Origin: an uncultured virus (IMG/VR IMGVR_UViG_2630968395_000002)
Taxonomy: Duplodnaviria; Heunggongvirae; Uroviricota; Caudoviricetes
Length of the DNA: 64,000 nucleotides
Direction: 5' to 3' (one strand)
IMG/VR virus record: IMGVR_UViG_2630968395_000002
The notes under the pieces were generated by a model. The model ran no database searches and was not told the origin of the DNA. It was given only the letters and a program-made list of their open reading frames with translations. Below, piece after piece: positions 39,884 through 51,870 of this stretch; positions within the stretch are counted from its first letter, which is position 1, and each line of letters starts with the position of its first letter. The translations under genes were made by a program, and so were the position numbers.

Positions 39884-40096
39884 ATGACTTCAACTCTATT
39901 TACAGTATGCCTAATTCTCGCTGCCGTGATGATCACCATCCACCCCGCTCTCTGCATTCCCTTTGTCGTTGCTGCTTACCTGTTGGCCGGTAAATGCAAT
40001 ATGCATATGGACAGTAATGCTAGTATTATTTTTGGGATCATTGGATTTATTATGTTTCTTACCCTCTTAGTCATGATCCACGAATGGGTAAAATGA
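39884..40096 (+). CDS. Small membrane protein
   Basis: 70 aa hydrophobic, GAGG RBS. Confidence 0.6.
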   Translation: MTSTLFTVCLILAAVMITIHPALCIPFVVAAYLLAGKCNMHMDSNASIIFGIIGFIMFLTLLVMIHEWVK

Positions 40097-40206
40097 ATAT
40101 TCAATGTCTACTGCGTCAATAATGTCATTAAAAACAGTATGGATTTTGACTATTTTTAGTCACAATGCCATATTATTTATATTATTAGCGTGGACCAAGC
40201 ATTATT

Positions 40207-40611
40207 ATGAAAGAATATTATTTACTGCAGTATTTCATCGATTACATGGAAAGGAATGGGCTGATTAAAGAGGCGGTCATATTTGACTTGGACCAGCAAC
40301 TCTGTGATGAACTCAATGAATGGTATAAACAAAGTTTTACTTTGCCAGAGCTTCAGAAATCAGTTGATAAGTGTATTGCAAATGAATGGCTCAAGCACCG
40401 TGGGTTAAATGATAAGTACTCCTATTTGGGGATCACTACTTCCGGGGTGGGAATTATCCGCTCTCGTAGAAATTTAGAGCAAAAGAAAAAATCACGAACT
40501 GTTTTAAAAAAAATATCGGATAGTATTGAAGAACACAAAGGTATCATTGGGTTAATAACCATTATAATAGCCACAACAACCATTGCAGTAAAAATCCTAA
40601 AAGGAGATTAG
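40207..40611 (+). CDS. Moron: hypothetical protein with C-terminal TM
   Basis: AT-rich; IIGLITIIIATTTIAV tail. Confidence 0.7.
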   Translation: MKEYYLLQYFIDYMERNGLIKEAVIFDLDQQLCDELNEWYKQSFTLPELQKSVDKCIANEWLKHRGLNDKYSYLGITTSGVGIIRSRRNLEQKKKSRTVLKKISDSIEEHKGIIGLITIIIATTTIAVKILKGD

Positions 40612-40612
40612 T

Positions 40613-40834
40613 ATGTCGATAACAGAGCTCGGAAAAGTCTCACTGCATTGCTTATTCTGTAAATCTGAGCTGAAAGGCCCTGGTGATGCAAAATTTCAAT
40701 CTGGTGACTTAATAGAATGTATTGCCTGCGGCGAACAAAATGACTTCGAGAGCGTCATGGCAGTCGCAAAAGAAGAAGGATTAAAACTCGCAAAAGCTCA
40801 TGTTAACAGTATTATTAAAAATATTTTCAAGTGA
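40613..40834 (+). CDS. Moron: small zinc-ribbon protein (ECs_2282-like)
   Basis: CLFC..CIAC, AGGAG RBS, coupled to upstream gene. Confidence 0.7.
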   Translation: MSITELGKVSLHCLFCKSELKGPGDAKFQSGDLIECIACGEQNDFESVMAVAKEEGLKLAKAHVNSIIKNIFK

Positions 40835-40836
40835 AC

Positions 40837-40860
40837 ATAGGTGGGCTCTAGCCCACCTAT
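40837..40860. terminator. Hairpin between convergent genes
   Basis: ATAGGTGGGC-tcta-GCCCACCTAT. Confidence 0.65.
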
Positions 40861-40861
40861 A

Positions 40862-43800
40862 TTATTTATTAAAATAGGGATTCACCCTCTCCACTGCCTG
40901 CTGTACCAGTTTGTTTCTGGTTGCCATTAATCGGTCAATCTTTTCTCTTTTCTGATCCGCCGTTAATATCCGGTCCCGCCTCATCATTTCAATCTGGGCA
41001 TTCAGTGTCTTCACTTGTTGCTGAGTCGCCGTTAGCCCCTTACGTTGCGATAATTTCCCGCGGTTATTTTCTAACAATTCATTGGCATCTTCACCACGCC
41101 CCTGCTTACGAAAGCTGTTAATGGTACTGTTAATTTGATTGGCTTGGGTCATCATGCGGTAGAAATCTTCAGTGAACTGTGTAGATTTGGCTGGGTCAGT
41201 CCCACGGAAGAAGGATTTAATAACGGGCATTTCATCAAGGCGAATAGCGGGTGTTTCACCGTAGTCCTTCAGATTACGCATAAGAAGATTGGTTGCTCCA
41301 AGCACGTACCCGCCCAGGCTACTGGTGTACCCGGTAATAATGTGATCAAGCATCTTCGGTGACAGGTTTGTCGCTTGACCAATTTCACGCATCAGCAGGC
41401 TGGTTTGGTCGTTGTAACGAGCGCCAGCTATCAGATTCTTATCTGCCATATTCTCAATCGGGCTGCCTTTGAAGAAATCATAGTTAACATAAGCTTCAGC
41501 AATCGGCATGGCGACTTGCGGAATCGGGTTGAAGGCCATGGTTTCCATAAAGTTATGTGCTACCAGCTTGCCAAATTTAGCCCCTGTATCTCTGCCCCCC
41601 AGTGCACGAACAAACCGCTCAGGCAAAGTGCCAAACATCAGACCTATCTCGAAAGGTTTCGGAATACGAATATGCTGATCACCAATCCATGCATGCCAGT
41701 ACGTGTCTTTATCCCAATCCTGTAATTCTTCGTAGCGTTCATCATCCCAGTTCAGTGCCAACAGAGCCAGTGAGGCTGCAGCAATCATGCCTCCGCGTTT
41801 TAGTACCTCACGGGGGTTCTCTTTAATACCTCGACCTAACTTACTTAACCCTTGCATGCGGGCATTGAAGAACGGCAACATATCACTCAAATTAATCATG
41901 ATATTGCTGGCCCCCATCATGCTGAAGTCCATGAGATCACGAGATTCAAAGGCTGCTAGAGCTTTACTTTTCCCCGACTTGACTGCAGCTTCATAAGTGG
42001 CCAGCCTATTCGCGTTTTCTGCCGCTTCACTGACATGCTTATACTTCTGCAATCCCTGCTCAATTTTGCCCAAAACCTCTTTGCCAGACCGGGCAATAGA
42101 TGATTCAAACTGATTGATCTGGCTGTCTTTATAACCCTTCCGACGCAGCACAGCGCGGATAGTTTGTGCCGTAGACGCCGGATCGTAGACGTTTGAATAC
42201 CCCCCGCCAAATGTTGCGCCAGCAAACATCATATCGACAAAAGTATCATCGGTTCTCAGTGTTTTTTTAAACCCAGCAAACGATGCGGTAACTGGCTTAA
42301 AGCCATCTTTATTGATAGCCCAGGAGTGCACGGAATCACGTAAGAAGTTACGGATAATAAAATCAGGCATTGATGTAGTGCTAATGGTCAGCACTTTTTT
42401 AGCTGTGCGGGCCGCTTTCATAAATGCGGAACTGCTGCGCTCAAGGTCAATCATGGTGAATGCGCGGTAAAGTTGCGGATCATTAACTTGAACCAACTTT
42501 TCTTGCCCATCGACAAACATTTTCACCACGTCTTTTACCTATGCGCTCAAAATCCATCTTATTCGGTGAGTCAATAACTTCAAGTACACCAGTATCTGCC
42601 AGATTAACTACCGCACGGCGCATAGCTTCATTCTTCATTGACGCATCAACCGACTTGGCAACGTAGTTAAACAGGTTTTCTATAGGATCTTTAATGGTCA
42701 GATCACTGCCTTTAAGTTTCCGCACTGTGCTGCTTTGGTTGGCAATACCTTTACTGCTCCATGGCCCGCTTACCTCACCATTTTCAGCTTCGCGGTAATA
42801 AGGCAGATACCAGGCATCTTCCCATTGCGCCCGGCTTGCCGGCTCGATGAGTCCCATATCCTGCTGGAGGTCAAGAATCGATTTAATAAAAGCATCGTAT
42901 TTCTTCTTCTGAGCATCAAATAATGCCTCATTACCCTTGTTAAGGGTTTGCATGTATGCAACTTCATCGGCGGTAAAGTTGTTTTCTTTGCCCTCTTTCA
43001 TCAACCGTTCAGAGCGGTGACCCGCGATCCATTTTAAGAAGCTCTCTCGATGGTTGCCGAGTCCATCCAAGATCCCCATGAGCGAGTCACTCTTATCTGT
43101 ACCCGCCTGACGCTCAATCATCCCCTCAGCTTTGTTGTAACGCGGCAAGCCATGCTCCAATGTTGCTGCAGTGACAGAACCGGCACCGGCAGCCATACGC
43201 GCACCGATATAAGCCGAACTCCGCGCATCATTAATACCGGCTGCATCCTCGGCATACTTCAGCGGAGCCATGCCATCGAATGTTTTGGTATTCAATTTGC
43301 GGCCTGTTTCTTTCAGCCATGCCTTAAGTTCTGTCTTATCTTGGCTGGTTACCGTGTCATAAAAGGCTTTGGCTTTATTGAACCACCCCTGCTCAACGTT
43401 AAAGCCCATTTTTCTGTTGGTTTCAGCATCCATTACTGGGTTGGCGGTGCGGGAGTAGAACGCATCATTGTTGCGGATATCATCAGAGTGGAGTATATTT
43501 TTACTCGAACCTCGTTCGTTACCCTCCTTGGGCAATTGGAGCCCTCTGGACTGGTAACTCTCGGGGTTTTGTTTTTTCCGTCGATAGAGTATCAACCCTT
43601 CATTTTCCATTGTCTGAATCTTTCTCCCCCCCTCGATGCCATAAACTGAAGCAATACTATTGACCTCAATTCTGCCCTTTCGCGCATTCAAGTGAATGGC
43701 TGTAATAACGGGATCGCCATTGGTATCTTTAGCTTCCAAAAGCGCAACCACTGAATCCTCTTGTGTTGACGAACGATATACAGCAACTGGGTCATGTAAT

Positions 43801-46800
43801 AGTTCAGGCAATTGTTCGATAACTGACATAGGTACATTGTGCTTTACACCGTTGGTGGCTTTGCGCACAGTATCTCGATTGATCACCATATCCAGATCTG
43901 GAGCACCCAAGGCTCTGAACACCGGAGGCGTTCGGCCTACACGGATAGGTGTATCCACGCTGCGAAGTGATTTGATTGCACTGGTTAACTCAGACCGATA
44001 CTGTTCAGCATCTTCGCGGGTTGGCTGAAGTGGATCCGACTTCTCACCTTTGGAATACAGGGCATCAGAGCGTGAAAACGTATTATCAAACTCCCGCGTT
44101 CCCGGTTGTTCGCCATCATACATAGCCGTTTTTTTAAACCGACCCGCCACTGTGCGCAAAATGTTACGAATTTCCGTAGGAGATATATCCCCAGGTTTGA
44201 TCATGCCCGCTTTTTTCAATCCATTAATGAGTAAAGAAACAAAGCGATCCCATACCCCACTGAGGCTACTAAGTTCTGAACGTTCTGCCATGTGGGCTAA
44301 AAACTCATTAGCCTGCATTTCTGGGGACTCATTCCGGTATGACTTATCAACTTCCTGCCAGACATCCTGAATAATCTTATTTTTGCTGTCACGGGTCTGA
44401 TGCAATACGCGCATGATACGATCATATTCCACATCACCAATAACGGAAGCGAGGCCGTGGTGTGCCAAGACCTCATGACGCAATTTTGCCCGAAGCTGAC
44501 GACCATCAATAATGTTATCCGCAACAACGATCACCCGGCTGAGTTCAGGCTGATAAATAGCGTGGACCGTACCAAATTCCTTCGGGATCCCACTAGGCAT
44601 CATGGCCGCTGCTTCAGCTTGGGTTTGAACCACCTTAACTTTGATTTTTGCGGCCCCACTCATACCACGAACCCACATATCAGATATAACTTGTGCTTCA
44701 CGTTGGCGCATTCCCTTTGCAGGTTTATTGCCTGTGACAGTATGACCTGTATCGGAAATGACATTACCTTGCTCGATATTGGTATTCTTGCGGGAATAGA
44801 AGGCGATACCTTTATCAGTTGGCTTGGTTTTGAGGGTGTTAAATAGATGCTCAAATGCCTGGCGAACACCGCCACTTAATTCAGCTTCAGTGGGATAGGC
44901 GTAAGTTTCAGGGTTGGCATGTTCGTCGGCTTTTCGCAGATTAGCCATATAATCATTACTGATCCCACTCTTTTCTGCCTTATCAAGTAAATAGCGTTCA
45001 AATGCACGCGCTGACATTTCGAGTTTAGTTGTCCAGTATGGCTTGCTCCTGCTTGCATCCAAAACGGTCGCACGCTTCATCATGTCACTATTGTTGACCA
45101 CATTGACTACTTGCATAAAAGCATCATGCACTTCCTGACGCACGGGGTGAGTAATCTCACTCCTTTTTCCTTCACTAAACTCATAGCGTGGGCGCTTGCG
45201 ATCAGTAACGAATGCCCCTGAGCGCTTGCCGGATGCCTCGCCGTGAACATCAGTGGTACCAAAATAGTTATCCAATGCATGGAACCACTCATGTGCAAGT
45301 GAGCCTGCGCCATTCCCTTTTGTTAGATTGATAACCACTTGTCCCGGCTCGTAGTGGGCTTTTGCCCCGCCTTTGCCCCTAGCGCCAAATGCCAAGCCCA
45401 GCTCACCATTTAATGACATCGCTTTAGGCGGTACATTGAGTAATTCGGCCATATCAATCAGCGAGTCATATGCATCGTTTAAGTCAGACTGGCGGCGTGG
45501 CCCCTCAACATAGTTGCCAAACTGCACTCCACGGAAACCAAAGGCATCACTAAACTGCTCAGGTGTCACATTGCCATTACGGCGATCGATCCCCGTCCGA
45601 GGCTCATTTGTTAATTTGCGCTGCTCTTCCCGCGATACCTTGCGCAACTTGTCCAGCTTAGCTTCAATTTCTACACGGTTTTCTGCCAAATAAGCCCGTG
45701 CCTCAGTTGGCGTTTTAAAACCAGACTTAAGAGGCAATACCCCTATCGAACCTTTGTAACCAATGAATACGCCCTTATCTGCCCGTCGAGTAAAAATTTC
45801 CAGTTTTGCCTGCCTAGGCGCTGGTTTACCGCTACCACTATCGAGTTGAGACTCAATGAAAGCCTTCGCATTAGGTAATAACTCAGCCATTGATGCGGCT
45901 GAAATATCAGCCTTCACACCTTTAGGGGCAACAAGTTCATACATGGTTTGCCCATTGGGATAGCTCTTACCACCAAAATAGGTGTAATGACCGGAACGGA
46001 TCCCGTACTTGGCTGCATAAGCCATTTGCTCTGGCTTGAATTGTGAGATTAAATCTATTGCATCAGCAGCAGAACGTAATGCGGGCTTGTTGCGGAAACG
46101 AGCTTTGATATCGGCAACGCTTACATTGTTGTTGATAATTGAATTTGTCAGGTCGCGTACAGCTTTAACTTGTTCAGCCCACTGATTGAGCTTATAAGGT
46201 GAGCCAGGCCTAGTAGGAATAGAAGAACGCAGCGCTGTGACTACTGCCAATTTATCTATTTCAACGCCACTTTCCATTTTTGCATAATCAGGGGGAGGGA
46301 ACAGTTTAGAAAGAGGCTGCCGTTTAATATCTTCAATATCCTGATCAGCCTGTAAAGCTTCAGCCAACTGGCCCCACCGATGTTTAGCCGCCCCTTGTAG
46401 CTTCTCACCAAAATCCTCTATTTTCATATCAGGACTCTTTGCCTGAGGTGCGGACTTCTTTGCTGGCAAACGGACACCAAAGCCCTTACCCACAGGTTCA
46501 ATTGTGGCTCCCGGCATTTTTCCCCATTTGGAATATCTGGCCACTTTCTCGTTGGCGAACGGGCGGTCCTTCGCATAGAGTTTTAATTCACCATCGGCCT
46601 TATCGCCAGATACAACAACGCCCTCAGTTGAGGGCGCTGGTTTTGTATTTCTGTTGACCGGATCCGGCGGTAGCCGCACACCAAAACCATCACCGACTGG
46701 CTCAATAACAGCCCCCGGCATTTTTCCCCACTTGGAAAATTTAGCCACTTTCTCATTAGGGAACGGTTTATCTTTGGCAAACAGTTTTAACTGACCAGGG

Positions 46801-48884
46801 TTCTCACCTTTCGCATATGCCTCAGTCTGGGAATCAATAGGAATACCGCCAACCCGATGGCGCTGATCAGTGAGAGTCGGGGCAGGCTGCCCCCCCATCT
46901 GCTCCGTAAATCGGCGCACGTCTTTACGCTGCCCCCCATCAAACTGCGGAGGCGTACCAGCCTGCACATGATCAGGATTAGCTGCAGCCCCATCAGAAAA
47001 GATAATATTCTTATCTGTTATACCTTGCGGTTCGGTTTCTCCATCATATGTATGCGTCTCCCTGCCCCCTCCCTGCTGCTCAGCTTGCGTCTCCCTTGGT
47101 AAATAGATTTGTCCACGAGTCTGCTCTCCAGCGGTAAATTGTGGCACGTATCCAGCCTGGGCCTCATCAACCACAGGCCCCCGTACTGGTCCCGGCATTG
47201 GGAAACCGTCACCCAGATGGATATCACCCGGCGCAGGCAGGCGTGGTATTCGCTGTGATCGAAGTTGGTCAGCTTGCTGTAGAATGGCTAACTCATCGGG
47301 TGTAAAACCCTGATCACCCGACTCCATTTGTTGCTGAATAAGCTCTTGGGCGGTTGGTTGTGGTGCCAGATCCGCAAGCGAACGTTGTGCATCACTATCC
47401 TCAGCGAAGCCCTGCACGCGAGGATCCTGACGCAAGTAAGCGGGCGTATCACGGAACTCATCAACCTGAGATGTTGGCACACCATTTTCACTGACTGAGT
47501 TTTGTTGTGCAGCCGGATTATCTACCTGTGGTGAGCCTCCTGGTTGAGGGTTCTCTGATGTCGGCGAACCACCGGCATTGTCGGGTGGTGCTTCTGAGAC
47601 TGACCTTCTGCTGCGCACACCACCCGCGCCACCCATCGCGCCACCAATACCGATACCCAGAACGGCATTATTGGCCCCATACTCCATAACGTCTTTCATA
47701 GGGTCAATTTTCTGGCCTGCCGTATTGATGAGCTGCTGATTCTGAAGGTATCGCTGAGTAGTGCCTTGGACAAATTCGGTACTCCCCTCCGCAACTGCGC
47801 CTCTAGCTACGCCCGATAGCACACCTGAAGCCGCCCCTGTCTTAGTCAGCAAAGTCAGTAATGTGTGGTCACCCAATGTGGATGCAGCGATATTTACCGC
47901 TAATAATCGAGGGTCGGCGGTCACAGTACTCGCTGCTTGTTCAGCCACATAACTTCGCGCAAGAGTTAACTTTTGCGTATCTGATATATTTGCATTGTTT
48001 GGATCACTATCAATAACTGCAAACGCTTTTTGAAAAGTGGGACTTTGCATTAATTGTTCAAAGGGTAATGCATTTATCTCATCACGCATTTCATTGCCGC
48101 TAGCGCCTTGAGCGGTCCCCGTCATAATACCAACAAAGCCGGTTTTTTGTGCAATACCTCTGGCCTTCTCCCCCGCCAGTTGCGCAGTCTCTCTTGCAAC
48201 AGCATCTGGTACTGACTTTTTAAGTCTTTCGTAAGTCGCCCGCTCAACTCCCTCCGCAACTGCTCTGGCACCAAATTTTGCAACCAAACCACTCGTTGCC
48301 ATTTGTGTTATTGTCGGAATGGCGTTAATCAGCCACGCATCTTTATCGAATAATCCCGCACCAGCCTGAAGGTTACCATCCTTATTCCGTTCAATAAATG
48401 GCATAGCAGCGGCCTGCTTTGCCCCATCACTGTAGTTATCCTTAATGCTTTTAGAAGCATTTTCGGCCAAAGTCCCAGCCCCCTGAATCAAGGCATTACC
48501 CAAGTTGGATAATGTGTTACCACTATTATTCTGCATCACCTTCAACATTTCAGGGCTAATAGGAATATCAATCAGTGGCTTCTTTTCACCGCGTAGGTAC
48601 TTTGATGCTCTATCATCAAGAAACTGATTACCTGCCTTAAATAATTGTGCATTACCGCTAATAATATCAGCAGGAGCCGCAGCAATAGAGAGGAGAACAT
48701 CCTTTATACCCACGCTCGGATCTTGAGATTTCGCAGATCGTCCTGCCGCCTCGCGTGCTGCCCTAACGGCCCCCCAGTCGAAACCAGTATTGGCGCTCTC
48801 ACCTGGCTGGCGAATATTTAAAGTTTCACGATTGCTATTGCTAACCTGCCCTTCCGGGCGTTGTTGTTGCGGATCGTAAGTCAT
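40862..48884 (-). pseudogene. Giant polyvalent virion/ejection protein (zincin, LPD1, MuF-C-like, LPD38), split by one extra A near 42535
   Basis: AHEWFH, EMSARAFE, LRHEVLAHHGL, GRTPPVF..HNVP..IASVY, RIPKPFEIG; removing one A gives GKDVVKMF and joins the 2133-aa and 555-aa ORFs. Confidence 0.8.
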
Positions 48885-48904
48885 TTAACAGACTCCAAAT
48901 TTTA

Positions 48905-48963
48905 GGCATAAAAAAAGCCCCACTAAAAAGTGAGGCTTGGCATCTTTGGGTAATTTAGCGCGT
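48905..48963 (-). terminator. 59-bp repeat copy 1 with intrinsic terminator
   Basis: Minus strand AGCCTCACT-tttt-AGTGGGGCT-T6; identical to 56068-56126. Confidence 0.8.
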
Positions 48964-48981
48964 AATTAGTTTAATGTGAAG

Positions 48982-49143
48982 TTAAGGGTTATTTGTCTTT
49001 TTAGACTTCAGCTCAGAAACTAAAATTAGTCCAAGAAGGGACGCGTTTTTGATTGTTTCAATAGAGGTATTTTCATCACTATGTGTTAATAGATCCAACA
49101 AGGCAGTAAGGCACTCTAATGTATCTTCAGTATTCATTTTCAT
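48982..49143 (-). CDS. 53-aa AT-rich micro-moron protein
   Basis: MKMNTEDTLECLTALLDLLTHSDENTSIETIKNASLLGLILVSELKSKKTNNP; TAAGGA RBS. Confidence 0.5.
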   Translation of the reverse strand: MKMNTEDTLECLTALLDLLTHSDENTSIETIKNASLLGLILVSELKSKKTNNP

Positions 49144-49217
49144 TAATATTATCCTTATAAAATATAATTTTTATTAATGACATAGCCTACTTATTGATTC
49201 GTGGGTGCCTGTCAGCG

Positions 49218-50609
49218 TTATCGTGGTATGGATCCATTAATGCGCTTCAGTCCCCTTAGCTGCTGCGCTGTATTGCTATCAAGAGCTGAATTACTTTGAG
49301 TTGTACCAGGTTGTGCACTCGGTGAGTGTTCTTTCATTTGCTGTAGTTGCTTCTGCTTCCACGCTATAAAGAATTGCTGATCTTGTGGACTACTCAGGTC
49401 CGGCGCTTCACCAAATTCTTTTTGATATTCACCCACAAATGCTTCCAACTCTGCAGGGTCAATGCCTGGTTGATTTTGTGAACTACGTCCCCCACCAACA
49501 CCATAGAGTTCCGAGGCTTGCTGACGGCGTTGCTCAGAGTTGTTTTTAATTTCCTGCCTTGCCGAAGATAATTGTTTTTCATCCATCATTGCACCATCTT
49601 TATTCAGCGCAGCCAATTGTTTGCCTTCGTCTTTGCCTATATCCAGTAACTCCTTGCGGTAGCCTTCACTCTCCTGACGCATCGCAGCTTTATCCGGCGG
49701 GTTAACCATGCTGCCAATAAACTTGGCTCGATCGGGCTGATTGAGTTGCCCAACCATCTGTCCGTAGCCACGTATCTGATTCATAAACTGATCGATAGGG
49801 ATTTTCGCTACCTGGTTATCACTCACATCAGCAGAACCGAACTGGGTCATAGGTTTATTGGCGGTCGAGCCATCGCTATAAGTGACTTTCAGGCCGGGAA
49901 TAACAAACTTACCATCTTCACTGATACCAATGTGACCCAATTCCTTACTCTTAATCTTCTTGCCAGACTCCGGATCGACTTCATCAATATTGCGTTGGAT
50001 GTGAGGGGCCAGTACGGTATTCATCGCCTTCAAAACTTTAGGGTCGTTGTAGCTCACCTCTCCAGAAAGCACTTTCGGCATAATCTGGTTAATTTCCATT
50101 ACATTGTTGATGGCTTCCTGCCCAAAAAAACGGGATGGGTTAAGTGGATTATCCTTTGAAATTTGCCCGAACAGCTCAGGATCAACCTGCCCCGTCGTTT
50201 CAATTTGTTTATACAGCGTCTGAACAACGGGCATTTCTTCTTGCATTCGCTGCTGGCGCTCGGCTTGTGACCGCTGGTAATTAAACTCATTCTTTCGCAT
50301 ATTGATTTCTTCGGCGCGGAGACCAAGGCTCGCATTTGCTGTACGCTGATTTGCCTGCGCCAGACCATAGTTTTTATTCCACTGCTCATCACTTGCGCTA
50401 TCGCGCTGCGCTTTATACTTGTGATCCCGGTCATCAGTTTCTTTCCGCCAGTCCACCTGATCTTTAGCTAAGCCATAATTACGCTCAGAATCTTTAATCT
50501 GCTGCTGCTGCGCTGCATCACGTAAACCCAATTCACGATTGCGACTTACCGCCTGATCCGCAGTATTGAAGCCAGCAAGAAAACCGTCCGCTAAACCTTG
50601 TACGCCCAT
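49218..50609 (-). CDS. Putative DNA ejection/internal virion protein
   Basis: GLADGFLAGF start, Gln-rich helical; upstream of the giant gene. Confidence 0.65.
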   Translation of the reverse strand: MGVQGLADGFLAGFNTADQAVSRNRELGLRDAAQQQQIKDSERNYGLAKDQVDWRKETDDRDHKYKAQRDSASDEQWNKNYGLAQANQRTANASLGLRAEEINMRKNEFNYQRSQAERQQRMQEEMPVVQTLYKQIETTGQVDPELFGQISKDNPLNPSRFFGQEAINNVMEINQIMPKVLSGEVSYNDPKVLKAMNTVLAPHIQRNIDEVDPESGKKIKSKELGHIGISEDGKFVIPGLKVTYSDGSTANKPMTQFGSADVSDNQVAKIPIDQFMNQIRGYGQMVGQLNQPDRAKFIGSMVNPPDKAAMRQESEGYRKELLDIGKDEGKQLAALNKDGAMMDEKQLSSARQEIKNNSEQRRQQASELYGVGGGRSSQNQPGIDPAELEAFVGEYQKEFGEAPDLSSPQDQQFFIAWKQKQLQQMKEHSPSAQPGTTQSNSALDSNTAQQLRGLKRINGSIPR

Positions 50610-50619
50610 GATAATTCCT

Positions 50620-50859
50620 TTAGAAAATACTGCCCGCCAGCAAACCTACGGCCGCCCCTATTCCTGCCCCGAGCGGCCCACCCATCGCCATACCCGTACC
50701 CGCACCAACCCCAATCATGCTCATTTTACCCTGCTGCTGTTGCATCTTAAGCTGTTGATTTGATGACTCACGTTGAATCTCACGGCTTGATGCGTCTCCT
50801 AGCCCCTGTAACGCTTGTTGGCGGGTATCACGTGCGACATCGATCAGTCCGTACCCCAT
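50620..50859 (-). CDS. Small Gly-rich virion/ejection protein
   Basis: MGYGL..GAGIGAAVGLLAG glycine zipper. Confidence 0.7.
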   Translation of the reverse strand: MGYGLIDVARDTRQQALQGLGDASSREIQRESSNQQLKMQQQQGKMSMIGVGAGTGMAMGGPLGAGIGAAVGLLAGSIF

Positions 50860-51242
50860 TAGTTGCCTCCTCCGCCAATACTCATTTGCTCACGCAAGCT
50901 TGCGCTGCCGCCAGTTAAAATATTCATTTGTCGATCTTGCTCAGCCTCGCGAATACCATTCTTCGCCCCAGCAGTCGCCAGCGCTGAACGCAGACCTAAA
51001 CTATTATCATCAGGGTTTGCTGTTTGAGTTGTGCCATAACGAGCCAACTGGTTTTGCGTACCCAATTGAGCGGATTGGAGGCTATTCGCCGAACTGTCGC
51101 TGACACGGGTTAGTTGTTGGTTCATCAGCTCGCCGCTGGTCGCCAAGCCCATAAGCTCTTTTTGCTTCGGATAAAAACGAGTAAGCCAATCATCATACTG
51201 ATCACGAATAAGGTTGGCATAAGTATCAGATGCCTGTCCCAT
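50859..51242 (-). CDS. Phage virion hypothetical protein
   Basis: GGAGG RBS, coupled operon. Confidence 0.7.
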   Translation of the reverse strand: MGQASDTYANLIRDQYDDWLTRFYPKQKELMGLATSGELMNQQLTRVSDSSANSLQSAQLGTQNQLARYGTTQTANPDDNSLGLRSALATAGAKNGIREAEQDRQMNILTGGSASLREQMSIGGGGN

Positions 51243-51257
51243 AACTACCTCCTGTCA

Positions 51258-51863
51258 TTAGCTGCCACCAAAGATACCTGTGGATTTACTGCTTGCGTCT
51301 TTAAGCCCATAACTCCGCGCGGCAACACCGCCAACCGCTCCGACCAACTGCCCCACGGCTTGCCGATCACTGAGAGAGTTTTGAGCGTCACTTGTTGCCT
51401 TACTCAAACTTTGATTAGCAATATTGCTGTAACCAGACAGAGCATCAGCTTTTTGTCCGGCCCCCATCGCCACCACATCCTGTAATCCGGCTACATATTT
51501 ATCTTGCTGCGAGGTTTGCGCCCGATTAGTTGTATCTATTTGTCCGGCAACCTGATCACTCTGAATATCACCAAGTGCACTCTGGAATTTGCCACTTGAT
51601 GGATCGACGCCCGATGCGGCTAACCCTGTTGCCGTCTGCTGTCTAGCCTTACCAAATTCCTGCTGATAGCCCAAGTTGACGGTACCCGCCGCATCGTCAT
51701 AATTCGACTCGTTATTCATTGCATCTACTTTGCTGATGAATAGATTCTCCATCGGTTTGAGTTCATTTTGATACAGTTGCCACTGTTTCCCAGCAATCTC
51801 CGCCGCAGCTATTTCCTGCGATGTTTCTTTAATCTCGGTGCTACCGCTTCCACCTTTACCCAT
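51258..51863 (-). CDS. Putative ejection protein
   Basis: MGKGGS start, GVDPSSG motif. Confidence 0.7.
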   Translation of the reverse strand: MGKGGSGSTEIKETSQEIAAAEIAGKQWQLYQNELKPMENLFISKVDAMNNESNYDDAAGTVNLGYQQEFGKARQQTATGLAASGVDPSSGKFQSALGDIQSDQVAGQIDTTNRAQTSQQDKYVAGLQDVVAMGAGQKADALSGYSNIANQSLSKATSDAQNSLSDRQAVGQLVGAVGGVAARSYGLKDASSKSTGIFGGS

Positions 51864-51870
51864 AATGACC

